Shown piece after piece: positions 1-24,439 of a stretch of 64,000 nucleotides of DNA. A program made the position numbers and the translations under genes. Source of the DNA: the human T2T-CHM13v2.0 reference genome, Homo sapiens. The DNA lies in NCBI RefSeq assembly GCF_009914755.1, contig NC_060925.1. One strand, written 5' to 3'. The stretch's first letter is position 1. The number at the start of each line of letters is the position of its first letter. Under the pieces are notes generated by a model, which was given only the letters and a program-made list of their open reading frames with translations, was not told where the DNA came from and searched no databases.

Positions 1-168
<168 letters not shown>

Positions 169-415
169 TTAGGGCCTAACCTGTGCTAATGATCAGGAGC
201 TAGCCTCAGACCTCTAGTGAGGGCTAACCTGGCCTCATGATTCAGGGTTAACCTTCACAATATCTTCTTTAGATCATTTGATGAGAATTAGGGAAGAAAA
301 GTGGAAGAGAGAGCTAGAAGGGTGGCAGAGTCAGGGCTATAGAAAAAGGATCAGGTTAGACTGTAGGAAGAACTTCCTGATTATGAGGATATGAAATGAG
401 AACAACGAAGGATCA

Positions 416-10415
<10,000 letters not shown>

Positions 10416-10707
10416 TTAAGACCATGGGCTTTGGAGTCAGAGCTGATCTTAATCCTTGTCTGTCACTGTGCAGCTTTGACTAGGTTGCTTGACTTCTCTG
10501 AGCCTTCGTTTCTTTGCAAAATGGAAGTAACAGCAGCCTATACTGCATGGGACTTTGAGAGGAAGACACAAAATGATGCAAGTCAAGGGCTTTTCACAGT
10601 GCCTGGAACATAGGAAATGACAGTGACAGCCACAGTTATTATACTTGCCTTCCAGGAAAGAGCAGGGAAAGGAGCAGTGAGGAAGAGCATTCTTCCGCCT
10701 TCCCAGC

Positions 10708-11260
10708 TATCTAAGCTAGGCTACCCCTAGAGAGCAGAACCTGAGATGAGGAATTGCATGCTGGTAGTTTATTTTGAGAAGATCCTAGCAGCAGATAAGG
10801 GACTGGGGAGAATGAAACAGGGAAGGAGAGAAAGCCAGCACAAAGTTACATCATCATGTTGGTCACCTCTATGGACAACTGGGGCTCTATCCTGCTGGAA
10901 CCTTCCAAAGAGCCATGTAGAACACTTCTCAGAGCTGTCCACTGGAGGGTCAATTTATCCCTTGGATGGGAGGGAAGATGGAAAGATTTACCCACTGACT
11001 CCTGCCCCCCATTGGTCAAGGGATGCCTCTTGGGGTGTTCATTCCCTGGCACATCCAGGTTGGGCATGCATGAGTACTAGGCAGGTTCTCCTGGGGAAGC
11101 CATGCCAGTGTTGTCAGGGACACTCCCTGGAAGAAAGGGAGAACTCTATGGAGCAGCTGAGGCAAGGGGCTGTCAGGTTATGCCTGCAGGAAGCTGGCTG
11201 CCTCAGCCATGTGGGCTGAGAGAATATCAAGTGGGGCACCCGAAGGGTCCAGTGTGCCCC
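10708..11260 (-). mobile_element. LTR33-like ERVL solo LTR in CSF3R intron 2
   Basis: gagcagaacctgagatgagg...gtagtttattttgagaagatcc...caactggggctctatcctgctgg resembles recalled LTR33; strand tentative. Confidence 0.6.
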
Positions 11261-12357
11261 CAATTTTGGGCACAGACCTCTGGTGGCCTTCTGGGGTCAG
11301 GCATCATGAGGTCACGGCCATAGCACCTGGATGGAGGGTGCCTTGGCTCCAGTCTTAGGAAGTATGCAGAGGTTTCTACCACTTGGGTGGGTGTCCAGCC
11401 TCATCTTCACCCTGCTCCCATTGGGGTCTTGGAGCCAACACCTGATCCTCCAGCACGAGTTGGTGCTCTTGGTGGCAGATCAGTGGGAATCGCTGGTCAG
11501 CTTGCACGTACATATCTGGACACATACACGCAGGTGGTGTCCCAGCAGATCCCTCGTGCTCAGCAGGGAGAAAGGTAGGAGAATCCTTTTCTCTTCCTCC
11601 CAGACAGAGGTGTGGATAAGAACTGCCCAGATACCCAAGGTTGTTACTGCTCACAGGGGTCTTACCCAAACCCCCAGTCTATCCATGTATATATTGCAGT
11701 ATCGGAATACCCAGTGACTGCTAGCCCGTAAGTCTCCTTTGTGCAAATCAGAAAGAAAGCACCCCTTCCTCTGGATGGATGCAGCACCACACTAGGACCT
11801 GGCAACTAGGGAACAGCCTGGATTTCGGCTCCAGTTACTCCTCAGTTTTGTGCAGTGAGAAACCTGTACAAGTATCCCGAGCATCTGTCTACCCATCGGT
11901 GGTTGGTAACCTTCTTACTATAGCATACCAGTTTGATTATCCCCCCGCAACACTGGTTGGGGAAGATTTAGCCTCCAAGGCCCAGATTTTGGGACACTGG
12001 TTTTCATCTCCATGTGCTTTTGATCCTATCCCAGCCCTGTTGCCCTAGCCAGGGTCAGCTTCAGGCCCAGCCTATGCCCCGTGCAGTACCACCCTATCCG
12101 CCTCCACTGGCTCCTGTCCAGAGTAGACAACCTAACCCCAAGAGGCCCCGGCATCCTTCCCCTGGGTGCTGGGTGTTGGCCTGCTTGGCCTCAGTCTCTG
12201 GTCCTCCACTGCAGCCCTGGACGTCCCCCAGCCTGGTTAAGTGGGCCTAGGACCTGTTGGAGCATGGTCTCACTCTCTGGGGGGCCGATATGCAGAGAGG
12301 TTTGGAGCCCAGCTCAGATTCAGGTCACCTGACTTGATCTCCAGCTCCGCCACTTAC

Positions 12358-12417
12358 CAGCTTTGTGATCTTGGACAAGTTACTTCACCTTTCCGAGCCG
12401 AGCCTCAGTTTCCCCAT
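12358..12417 (-). other. CSF3R: CSF3R non-coding exon 2 (60 bp), exonised from a MIR SINE
   Basis: Acceptor ttcccacAG, donor GTAAGT; sequence ATGGGGAAACTGAGGCTC...AAGTAACTTGTCCAAGATCAC is the MIR core; matches the CSF3R 5'UTR as I recall it. Confidence 0.88.
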
Positions 12418-13689
12418 CTGTGGGAAAGAAATAACATTAGCACTCACTCCTCAGCGTTGTTGTGAGGATGAAATGAGATTATTTTGGTAAAGGCATTTAG
12501 CCCTGTGCCTTGCATGGAGTTGGCACTCAGCAACCATAGGTTATTTTCACGAGCCATAAATAGCAGGTCAGCAGCTCACAGAATCCAGCACAGTTCAGTT
12601 TTCCCCTCACCCCTGCCTCCCTCACAGCCTGTGTGGTCACACCTCCCAGGACTGCCACCTTGCTTTTGTCTGTGCCACACTGCGCAGTTCCAAAGCCCCC
12701 TTTCTGGATCCTCTCCTCCTAACTCCTGGGCCCCCTGGCCCTCCTGTCACTGCGGCCATCTCTGCTGGGCTCTGCAGGTGCTCACTCCTGTGGCCCAGCA
12801 CAGCTCGATGTCTCCTGGGCTGGCTGCCTTCACATTCCCTCTTTCTGTTTCTCCCTCATCACGCTCAGCCCTCTCCCCTCACACTCTCTTCCCCACTTCA
12901 CACCCCTCGCTCCCTTGCTGTTTCTACTCTCACCTCGAGATTCTTTCTGTGGGAAGGGTGGGGAGGGAGGAGGGGGCTGGGAATAAACAGAGGGGAGAGG
13001 CATTTCCAGATATGCTGCAGATAAAGAAAAAGAGAGAGCAACAGGAAGAGTGACAGAGTGAGGCGGTGACTGAAATCCACACAGACTGAAACGACAGAGA
13101 GACTCGCCAAGAGGACGATTGAGGCCAGAGAGATATCGAGAGACAGAGAAAAAGGGCCCAATGTACGCCGACCCAGAGAGTGGGCGGGGGGGGGCACTCG
13201 GAGGCCTGGAGCCCGGGAAGCGTCTGTTACCGAGAGTTTAAGATTCAAGAGATAGCAGGAAATATGCGAGACAGAGAAACTCAGAGAGATAGCAAGCCAG
13301 AGAGAAGCTGAGGAGGAAAGATGGAAACAGAGAGTGAAATAGAGACCCAGACGGGGAGGGGTTGCGCGGCTGGAACTCACAGACACACACGTCCTGAGAG
13401 ACAGAGGCATGGGGAGGGGAGAATGATTATGCCTGTCCCCAGCCCAGCTCAGTGTCCCCAAGGAGATACTTGGCTGTGAGTGACTTCCCTGGTGCAATAC
13501 CCCCAAAAGTAGGGGCATCCTGTGAAAAGAGACTCAGTGTCCAGGGCTGGGGTTCCAAAGGACGAATCCCGGGCCCCAGGCCTAGGACCCCGGACATGAA
13601 CACTTGGCAGAGCTGTGGGGAGTGGCCCCAGGATTCCAGCTCTCCATCAAGCCCAAGGCTCAGCCCCTCTCTAGGGATCCCCTACTCAC

Positions 13690-13789
13690 GTTGGCACCTC
13701 TGGCCCAGCCCCTGCTTGGCCTCCTTGGTCTCTCTTCTCGTCAAGAGAAGTTCCTGAAACCAGCTGCAGTCCAGCTTCTCTCCCCGAGC
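13690..13789 (-). other. CSF3R: CSF3R non-coding exon 1 (TSS approximate)
   Basis: Donor GTGAGT at 13684-13689; GAAGCTGGACTGCAGCTGGTTTCAGGAACTTC...GGTGCCAAC matches the recalled mRNA 5' end. Confidence 0.85.
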
Positions 13790-13850
13790 TCTGTCGTTAA
13801 TGGCTCAGCCTCTGACAGGCCCGGGGGCTGGGGATTGCAACACCTTCCGA
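13745..13850 (-). promoter_or_regulatory. CSF3R myeloid promoter: C/EBP site (AAGGTGTTGCAATCCCCAGC, 13827-13846) and PU.1 GGAA element in the 5'UTR (~13747-13756)
   Basis: Motifs seen directly; the C/EBP element is the classic G-CSFR promoter probe sequence; no canonical TATA box. Confidence 0.88.
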
Positions 13851-15726
13851 GCCTCCCTCCTGCCCTCCCTTGCGCCTTCGAGGGCACAGGCAGCCCCTTC
13901 CTCCCAGGAAGGAGCCTGTGAGGGAAGCTGGTGAGGCCCGGGCAGCCTTCCTGCCTTGGGGGTCTTAAAGGGCTGGGGAATGTGGCAACGATGTCCCCCT
14001 CCCCTGCCTCCGGATTTCCTGAGCTCAAAGCTTTGAGGCTGGGCAGGGCCCAGGCTCCCACCTGGCTGGGTGCCATCCTTATGCCCCCTGCCCTGGGGGA
14101 GCATCACTTGGAGGCAGGCCCTGGCTGGAAGGCTCACCCGGCCCTAAGCCTCTTTTCAGCTCTAGCCTTGGGGACCACATCTTCACAGTACTCAGAAGGG
14201 TGTGTTCCAGGTTCCAGGGAATTGTGTAACCCAATACTCACTGCTCCCCTCTTCATTACGTATTCTGTGCATTGCCCATAGACCAGGCAGATGGAGAAAC
14301 AGGAATTCTGGGGGCAAGACAGGAGGACGTCTTGGTGAGGCACGGGGTCTTTATATGTTCACTAAAAATTAGGAATGTTTACCCACAATGGTTCTGCAAC
14401 ACTGAATATTTTGTAATTGAGTGAAATAGACTACATTTTATGTCTTTTATTGTCTGTATTCATGATTCTTCTAAAACTACAGATAATTTTCTTTGCATTT
14501 TCTGAGAAAGGTTCAAACTGCTCATAGTTTATTGGATTCATAACCCAAAAAAGGTTAGGTGCCAACAGACCAGCAGACTGTCCTTAACATATAATCCTTT
14601 TGAGGCATCTGGGTCTGGTGTGATGCTGCAGACCAGGGCTGTAGTTCTAGTTCCAAGTCAAATGACCTGACTGCCTGCTGCAACCCTCCCAAGATATCCC
14701 ACAGGCTCTGCTCGCTCAGTGAGTCCCATGGACTCTCTTCTTTCCAAATATAACCAGAATCCTGGGTATTCACTGTAAAGTTCAACTTGGCTCTACGTTT
14801 GAATATTTTTATGATAATATTTGGAAAATATAAATATAACTGAAACCAATACTAGCCAGCTCCAAGCTACCCTCATCTATTGCCTAGATAATCGCAATAG
14901 CCCCCTGCCTGCTCTCCTGCTTCTATTTCATCCTTGTTCCCGCACCTGTCTGTAATTCCTTCAGCAGCCAGTGCGATATCAATCAAACAGAAGTCTGATC
15001 AGCCCATCCTCGTCCCAACCTTTCCAATGGCTCCTGTCTCATTCAGAGTCAAAGTCAAAGCCCTTTGGATGGTCTACAAGGCCCTACAAAACCTGGTATC
15101 CCTGTTACCTCCTGGATCCCTCTCCTGTTATTCTCCCCCTTGCTGCCTTGCTCCAGCTACTCTGTGTTCTTTGCTTCTTGAACTTGTTATGCTGTCTCTT
15201 GCCTCAGGGCCTTTGCACTTGCTGTTTCATTTGCCTGGACTCTTTCCCCCGCAAATAGCTACATGGGCTGGTCCCTCCCCTTCTTCAGGTCTTTGCTCAA
15301 ATGTCACTTTCTCATTGAGGCCTTCTCTGAGCACCCTTTTCAAAATTTGCAAGCCCCTTCCCTCCCACTCCCTATCTCTCTCTCCCCCAAATCCCTTTTC
15401 ACCATCTGATATTGGCTGTCTCAATCCCCACTAGACTGAAAGTTCCATAAGAGCAACAGTTTTTATCTGTTTTGTTCAAAACTTTATCTCCAGTGTCTAT
15501 AACACTGCTTGCCACACAGTAAGGCCTCCATGCGTGTTTGTTGAATGAATGATCAACTGGATGAATCTTCCCCCACTTCACCAAATCTGTCTCTAATCCC
15601 CACGTACCTTGTCATGGTGAATTAACCACCATCCCCTCCTCTCCCTAGTCATGCAGCTCAGGGACTCAGGAGTCATTCCTTACAACCCTTTCTCCACATT
15701 CCCATGTCCAGTCAGTTCTTTTAGTT

Positions 15727-16374
<648 letters not shown>

Positions 16375-17844
16375 CCAGTCAGTTCTTAATGAAGGAGAAT
16401 GGGCCTTTTGTTCATCATTCAGAGAACTTGCTCCTGGAGCAGGTGCAGGGACACAATGGTGAGACACAGTTTTAGTTCCTGCCTTTATGGAGCTCCCGTC
16501 TCAGCCTTGCCAATGGCCCTGCAATCCTTCTCCTCTCCCTGTCTTTCTTCAGAGGCCCGTCGTCACATCCTAACTCCTGAACCGGACATGCAAGTTACCC
16601 TCGCCTCCCTCTCCTGCCTCACCAGCCCCTGCTTCCTCAGATCCAGCCCGTCATGCTCCGGTCATGCCAAATTCACTAGTATTTCCCTGCCTGCCCCAGG
16701 CTCTGGAACAACCCTGTGCCTTTCTTCTGCGGAGCGCCTGTCACCTCCTGCTGGCTGAGTCCTGTTCCTGACCCAGTTCAAGCATCCAGCCTGAGCTCAG
16801 CATCCCTCTGGGCTTCCACACCTTAGTCAAGCTGAATTAGGGGCCCTTCTCCCCATTCATCCTGTAATACTGTAGTAGGCTGTTGGCCGCCTGCCTCCTC
16901 CATTATACTGTGAACTCTTTGAGGGCAGAAACTGTATTCTCACCTCTGCCTCTCTAGCCTCAGTACAGTGCCGGACACACAGAGGATACTCAATGCATAT
17001 CTGTTGGGCTGCAGAACCTTGGAGATGGTGTTTACCTCTTCCAAGCCTCTGTTTCCTAATCTGTCACAGTGATAATAACTCCTCCCAGGGATTTTGTGAT
17101 AATTAAATTAGCTATCAGAAATACAATGCCTAGTATGGTAACCAGCGCATAGTAGGTGTTCAATAAAGTTGCTTTCCTTTGTTCCCTTCTGCATAATTCA
17201 ATATTTAGGAGGGAGATTCTACTATTCTCCTTTGTGCTCCATTCTCTGTTGAGGACCTGCACCAGGAAATGGAGCTGCAGCAGCCAGAATAAAAGTTAGA
17301 TTTAAGGAAATGAAAGTTAGATTTAAGGAAGAGCTTTCTTTAGAGTGTACTGAGGTTAAGATGATGAGCTGAGGAGTCAGGCTGCTTCAATTTGCCACTT
17401 GCTGCCTGTGTGACTCCAAACAAATGTTTAATCTCTTTAAGCCTCGGTTTTGTCATCTGTAAAATGGGGCTAACAGTATTGGCTTCATAGGATTCTTGAG
17501 AGAAATCAGTGACCGTAAGGCTTGTGGAACACAGCCAGGAACACAGTAAATGCTTAATAAGTGTTTACTATGGTGCACTGAAGAGCACAAGACAGACGAG
17601 GAGTCATCCCCTCTACCCGCACCCAGTGTCGGCTTTGTGGATACTTCCTCTTCCAGCTGTCCTGCCTCCCGCCCCTCCTCCATCAGACAAGGCCTCTGTG
17701 TGTTGGAAACCCCGGGTAAGGGAGTGCTGGTGAGGGAACCCTATTCTTGGCAGCCTAGCTACTGAGCCCCGAGTTGTTTCTGTTTCTGTTACTGCCTGTG
17801 ATGTGTGGGGCTTCTGGGTAGGTCAAGGAGCAGCTTGTTTCAGA

Positions 17845-18025
17845 GGGGCCGGGGCGGGGTCCAGGTGGGCAAGCTGGGGTGAGTGCCCGGAAGTTGAGGC
17901 TGTGGTGCTCAGCTGCCAGGGCCGGGGTTGGCTGGAATACAGCAGGCAGCTAAGATTGTGCAAACAGGTCATTGTGCAAACGCGCCCCTGTGTGTGACCT
18001 CGATTGTGCAAACAGGTGTTTACTG
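17845..18025. promoter_or_regulatory. Candidate myeloid enhancer ~4.2 kb upstream of the CSF3R TSS
   Basis: 3x ATTGTGCAAAC (C/EBP-type), CCGGAAGT (ETS), TGTGGT (RUNX), GC box and E-boxes within 180 bp of unique DNA. Confidence 0.6.
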
Positions 18026-18241
18026 GAGGCTGCTCCGCTTGGACAGCCCACTTACAAAAAGCCCTTGAGCTGTTGACTTAGAAAGAAACTGGACACTCCT
18101 TCTTCCCTGAACCCACCCTGAACTTTCCGCCTCCTGGCCTTTGCTCAGGCTGTTCTCTCTGCCTCGAGTGCCCTCCCTCACCTCCACCTCAACTTGCTGA
18201 AATTCTACTCATTCTTCAAGGCTCAGAGAAAATGCCACTAA

Positions 18242-18577
<336 letters not shown>

Positions 18578-19395
18578 TAAGCTTTCTCCTCATTTGTAGA
18601 GTGTGTCCTGTGGTATACCTTCAGTGTCCTGATGATGTTTTACCTTATGGCGCTTTCCAGATCTGTAACTTCAAGGATCTTTCCTTATTCATCCCTGAAA
18701 GGTTGGGAAGCTGAGGCCCAGAGAGGGAACGTGACCTGCTCATGTCCCACAGCCATTTTGAGGCTGAGCTGGGCTCTAAATAAGGCTTCTGCATTTTCTG
18801 CCACACTCACCACCACTCTTTCAGGCCCCATCCACCTCTGACCTCGGACCTTTGCTCTAACCACTTGGTTGAGGTGGGAACTGAACAGATGGGTGGGACT
18901 TGTATGGAAGAGGGGAGGTATGCTGGGCAGGGGAACAGTGAGAACAAAGACATGGAGGCTGGAATGGGTGCCATAACAGAGGTAGAAGGTGGCCCAGGCC
19001 TGGGAATGACGGTGGTGGTGGTGGTGGGGAGGGAAGGCCTGCATTCTAGACCCACAGATGATATTGATGCTGCATGACCCTGAGTAGCACCTCATAGTCC
19101 TGCCTCTCAGACCCCCAGCTCCCCTTGAAGCTCCACACACATCAAAACTAAACACGCCTCCCAGCTGAGCTCCTCCATGTTTTCTCCTAAAAACCTGCTT
19201 TTCTGTCCTGGTGAATCCAGAAACTTAAACTGGTCCTGAACACCTCCCTGCTGGTCACCCCCTACATCCAGTCTGTCGCTCCTTCCAGTGCGATTTGTCC
19301 CTTCTCTCCCACCTTATGGCCCCTGCAGGAAGCCAGTCCATCATTGTTGTCTCCTTGGATGACGTCTCGGCTTCCTCCTGGTCTCCCTGCCTTCA

Positions 19396-19812
<417 letters not shown>

Positions 19813-19864
19813 CTAAATTTCTAAGTCTTCCTCATGTCCTTTGAGGCCCTTCAAAACCAGACCC

Positions 19865-20815
19865 TGAAGGGGTGGCCTGCCCCTCCACACCTGTGGGTGT
19901 TTCTCATCGGACTGACAAAAGAGAGAGACACAGAAACAAAGTATAGAGAAGGAAAAGTGGGCCCAGGGGACTGGTGCTCCAGAGGACCCGCGAAGGCACG
20001 GGTCTCTGAGTTCCCTCAGTATTTATTGATCATTATCTCTACCATCTCTGAGAGGGGGTTGTGGCAGGACAGTAGGGTAATAGTGGGGAGAGGGTCAGCA
20101 GGAAAACATGTGAACAAATGTCTCTGTATCATAAATAAGGTTAAGAAAAAGGTGCTGAGCTTTGATGTGCACATACATAAACATCTCAATGCATTAAAGA
20201 GCAGTATTGCCACCAGCATGTCTCACCTCCAGCCTTAAGGCGGTTTTCTCCTATCTCAGTAGATGGAACATACAATCGGGTTTTACACCGAGACATTCCA
20301 TTGCCCAGGGAGGAGCAGGAGACAGATGTCTTCCTCTTATCTCAACTGCAAAGAGGCCTTCCTCTTTTACTAATCCTCCTCAGCACAGACCCTTTACAGG
20401 TGTCGGGCTGGGGGACGCTCAGGTCTTTCCCTTCCCACGAGGCCATATTTCAGACTATCACATGGGGAGAACCCTTGGACAATACCTGGCTTTCCTAGGC
20501 AGAGGTCACTGTGGCCTTCTGCAGTGTTTTGTGTCCCTGGGTACTTGAGATTAGGGAGTGGTGATGACTTTTAACAAGCATGCTGCCTTCAAGCATTTGT
20601 TTAACAAAGTGCATCCTGCATAGCCCTAAATCCATTAAACCTTGAGTCGACACAGCACATGTTTCTGTGAGCACAGGGTTGGGGGTAGGGTTACAGATTA
20701 ACAGCATCTCAAGGCAGAAGAATTTTTCTTAGTACAGAACAAAATGGAGTCTGTTATGTCTACCTCTTTCTACATAGACACAGTAACAGTCTGATCTCTC
20801 TTTCTTTTCCCAACA
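19865..20815 (-). mobile_element. HERV-K(HML-2) 3' LTR (LTR5B/5A-like), 951 bp
   Basis: Minus strand starts TGTTGGGAAAAGAAAGAGAGATCAG right after a polypurine tract and ends GGCAGGCCACCCCTTCA; AATAAA at 20022-20027. Confidence 0.95.
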
Positions 20816-21326
20816 TTTTCCCCTTTTCTTTTAGACAAAAACACCATTGTCATCATGGCTTGTTCTCGATGGTCGCTGTCTCTTCGGAGCTGCTGGGTAC
20901 ACCTGCAGACTGGGGCCTGCCTCTGGGGAAGGATTAATATGAAATTTACAATAGTAGTACTTCCGATGGTCTTAACCCAAGTGACAGGGTTAAGATTTGT
21001 GAGGCCATCAGCAACTCCCGCGATTACCTCAGTTCCTGGTACCAAATTTAAATGGGCTTTTGATGCTTCGAAAATTTGTTCTTTTAATTTGGAAATGTCT
21101 AAAGTGGGATTATCTTCTCTTCCCTGCAGATGGCGTCTAACCATGTCCCAGTGATGCTCAGACTCATTATAAACTCGGGGTGTAATACAAAAATCTGATG
21201 TATCCCAGTCACACTGTAACTGGAAACGATGTTCTAGGCTCATGAGCCTATCTCCCATCAGGATTATCCATCCATGTGACTGCCTGAATTAAGGGCGGGA
21301 AAGGCACATAGGCCCAGTAGGTATAA

Positions 21327-22147
<821 letters not shown>

Positions 22148-22409
22148 TCATGTCCTCTGAGGCCCTTCAAAACCAGACCCTGAATCCTTCCTCACCCTGC
22201 AGCCTCATCTCTCTCTCTTTTTTGTCCAGGTCCTAATCCCTGGAACCTGTGAATATGTCACCTTACATGTCAAAAGAACTTTGAAAATGTGATTAAGCTT
22301 AAGGATGTTGGGATGAGGAGATTATCTTGGATTATCTGGGTAGATCCAAGAGCCTCATCTCTTGATACTCCCTTTCCCAACTCCTCTTCTTCATTTTTAA
22401 AAAAATTAA

Positions 22410-22884
<475 letters not shown>

Positions 22885-24439
22885 CCTCTTCCTCTTCATG
22901 AACCTGACACTTCAACCATTCCAGTTACTATCATCGTCTAATCATGTGCTGCTTTTTTCATGGCTCCAGGCCTCTTCTCATAGTTTCCCTCTGCTTCAGA
23001 ATGTCCTTCCCTTATTTCTATGTCTGAAGAAATCTCTTTCATCCCTCAAAATCCAGCTGGCATGTCACCTCTTCTGTGAAGGCTTCCCAGATTTCCCAGG
23101 CTGCATTAGGTGTTGCTCCGAGATGCTCTGTGAAGCCTGGGATGGATCCGTTACCTCAGTACCCAACATGAGGTCTGGCATGGAGGAGGTGTCCATGAAA
23201 GGTTGCTGTACAGTTTGGATGTTGGACCTGGATTTTCAGGCCTTGGGGCCCCTGTGGCCATCCAGTTACCTACTGAGAGATCTGGAGGTCTCTTCCAACA
23301 TGTGGCAGCCAGCACTGCATTCTCCTGCTTCCCTGGTGCTCAGCTGAGCAGGATTTCCTTCCTTTGATTGGTGCCCCAAAATGAGAAATGAATTAATTAG
23401 GACGTCGTTGATACCGAATACTGGTGGGCAAAACACCCCAGCCTCTCTCCCCAGGCTGCAGAGAGGCTGGGATGGCTGCCCAGATGCTCTCCCGGGGCCT
23501 GCCTCTGGGGAAGGAAGCAGAATTCTAGCTTTGAGTGGGCAGAAGAGAAGACTTCCCCTCCCTCTTATCCCCTGCTTGTGGTCTTCTGGTCAGGAGGGCC
23601 TTATCTCTGCTCTCCGGGCCTGGCCTGCCGTGGTATGGCTGGGGAGGGGCATGGTCCTGGTGGTCGGGGTGATGCGGAATCAGAGACTGAAGGGAGATGA
23701 AGCTCGTATGCTTATCTTGGCTCAGAGGAAACCTATTCCCTCTACAACCCTGTGGCAGGAGGATGGGGATGGGTGCGGGAAAGAGTCCCTAGGCCAGGCC
23801 AGTTACTGCCCTATTAGTGGGCTTCCTTGGGTGAGGGAGCTGGACCCATCTTTCTGGGGTCTGAGGCCCCCTTTCCCATCGGGCAGCTGGTTTATGTCCC
23901 CACAGCACTGGGGTGGGCAGGTGGAAGGGAGAAGACAGGGCCATTTTTCCTAAAATTCTTGCCAGGAAGAGTGGCCAAGAGAAGTCAAATGACCTGTGTA
24001 AGGACAGAGAGAGGCAAAGGCAGGTTCAGAGATTCTGGGATCAGAGCCTAAGGCCAGCATTCTCCCCTGCTTCCTGGGGAGTCTGACCTGGATCCTGAGA
24101 AGGAAGAGGAGTTTCCAGAGGTAGCCAGTCTGCTCCTTTGGTCCCATGTCCTCTGCCATTGCAGCCTGGAACCAGGGGACACAGATGGGGGCTCCTGCCC
24201 ATAGATAAGCCTCTAGGTTGGGGGGCACAAGGGAGTAGAGGGATGGTGGCTTTTGCAGCCTCCTTGTGGTTATACTGTTCTTATGAGTGGTCTAGACTGC
24301 TGAGGTGAGGCTGGATGTGTTATCTCTATCACATCTCTGACCTCCCAGGCTATTCTATGTTTCCTGGAATGTCCAGTTTATTCAATTCATGCACTTATTT
24401 ATTTACCCACTCCCGTGCCCCATGAGCTCTTCTTTCTAT

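Noticed and set aside
17290-17331. Short tandem duplications of 21-31 bp here and at ~27555-27625, ~34125-34180, ~35475-35515 and ~57985-58035
   Set aside because: Ordinary slippage duplications, mostly inside old repeats.
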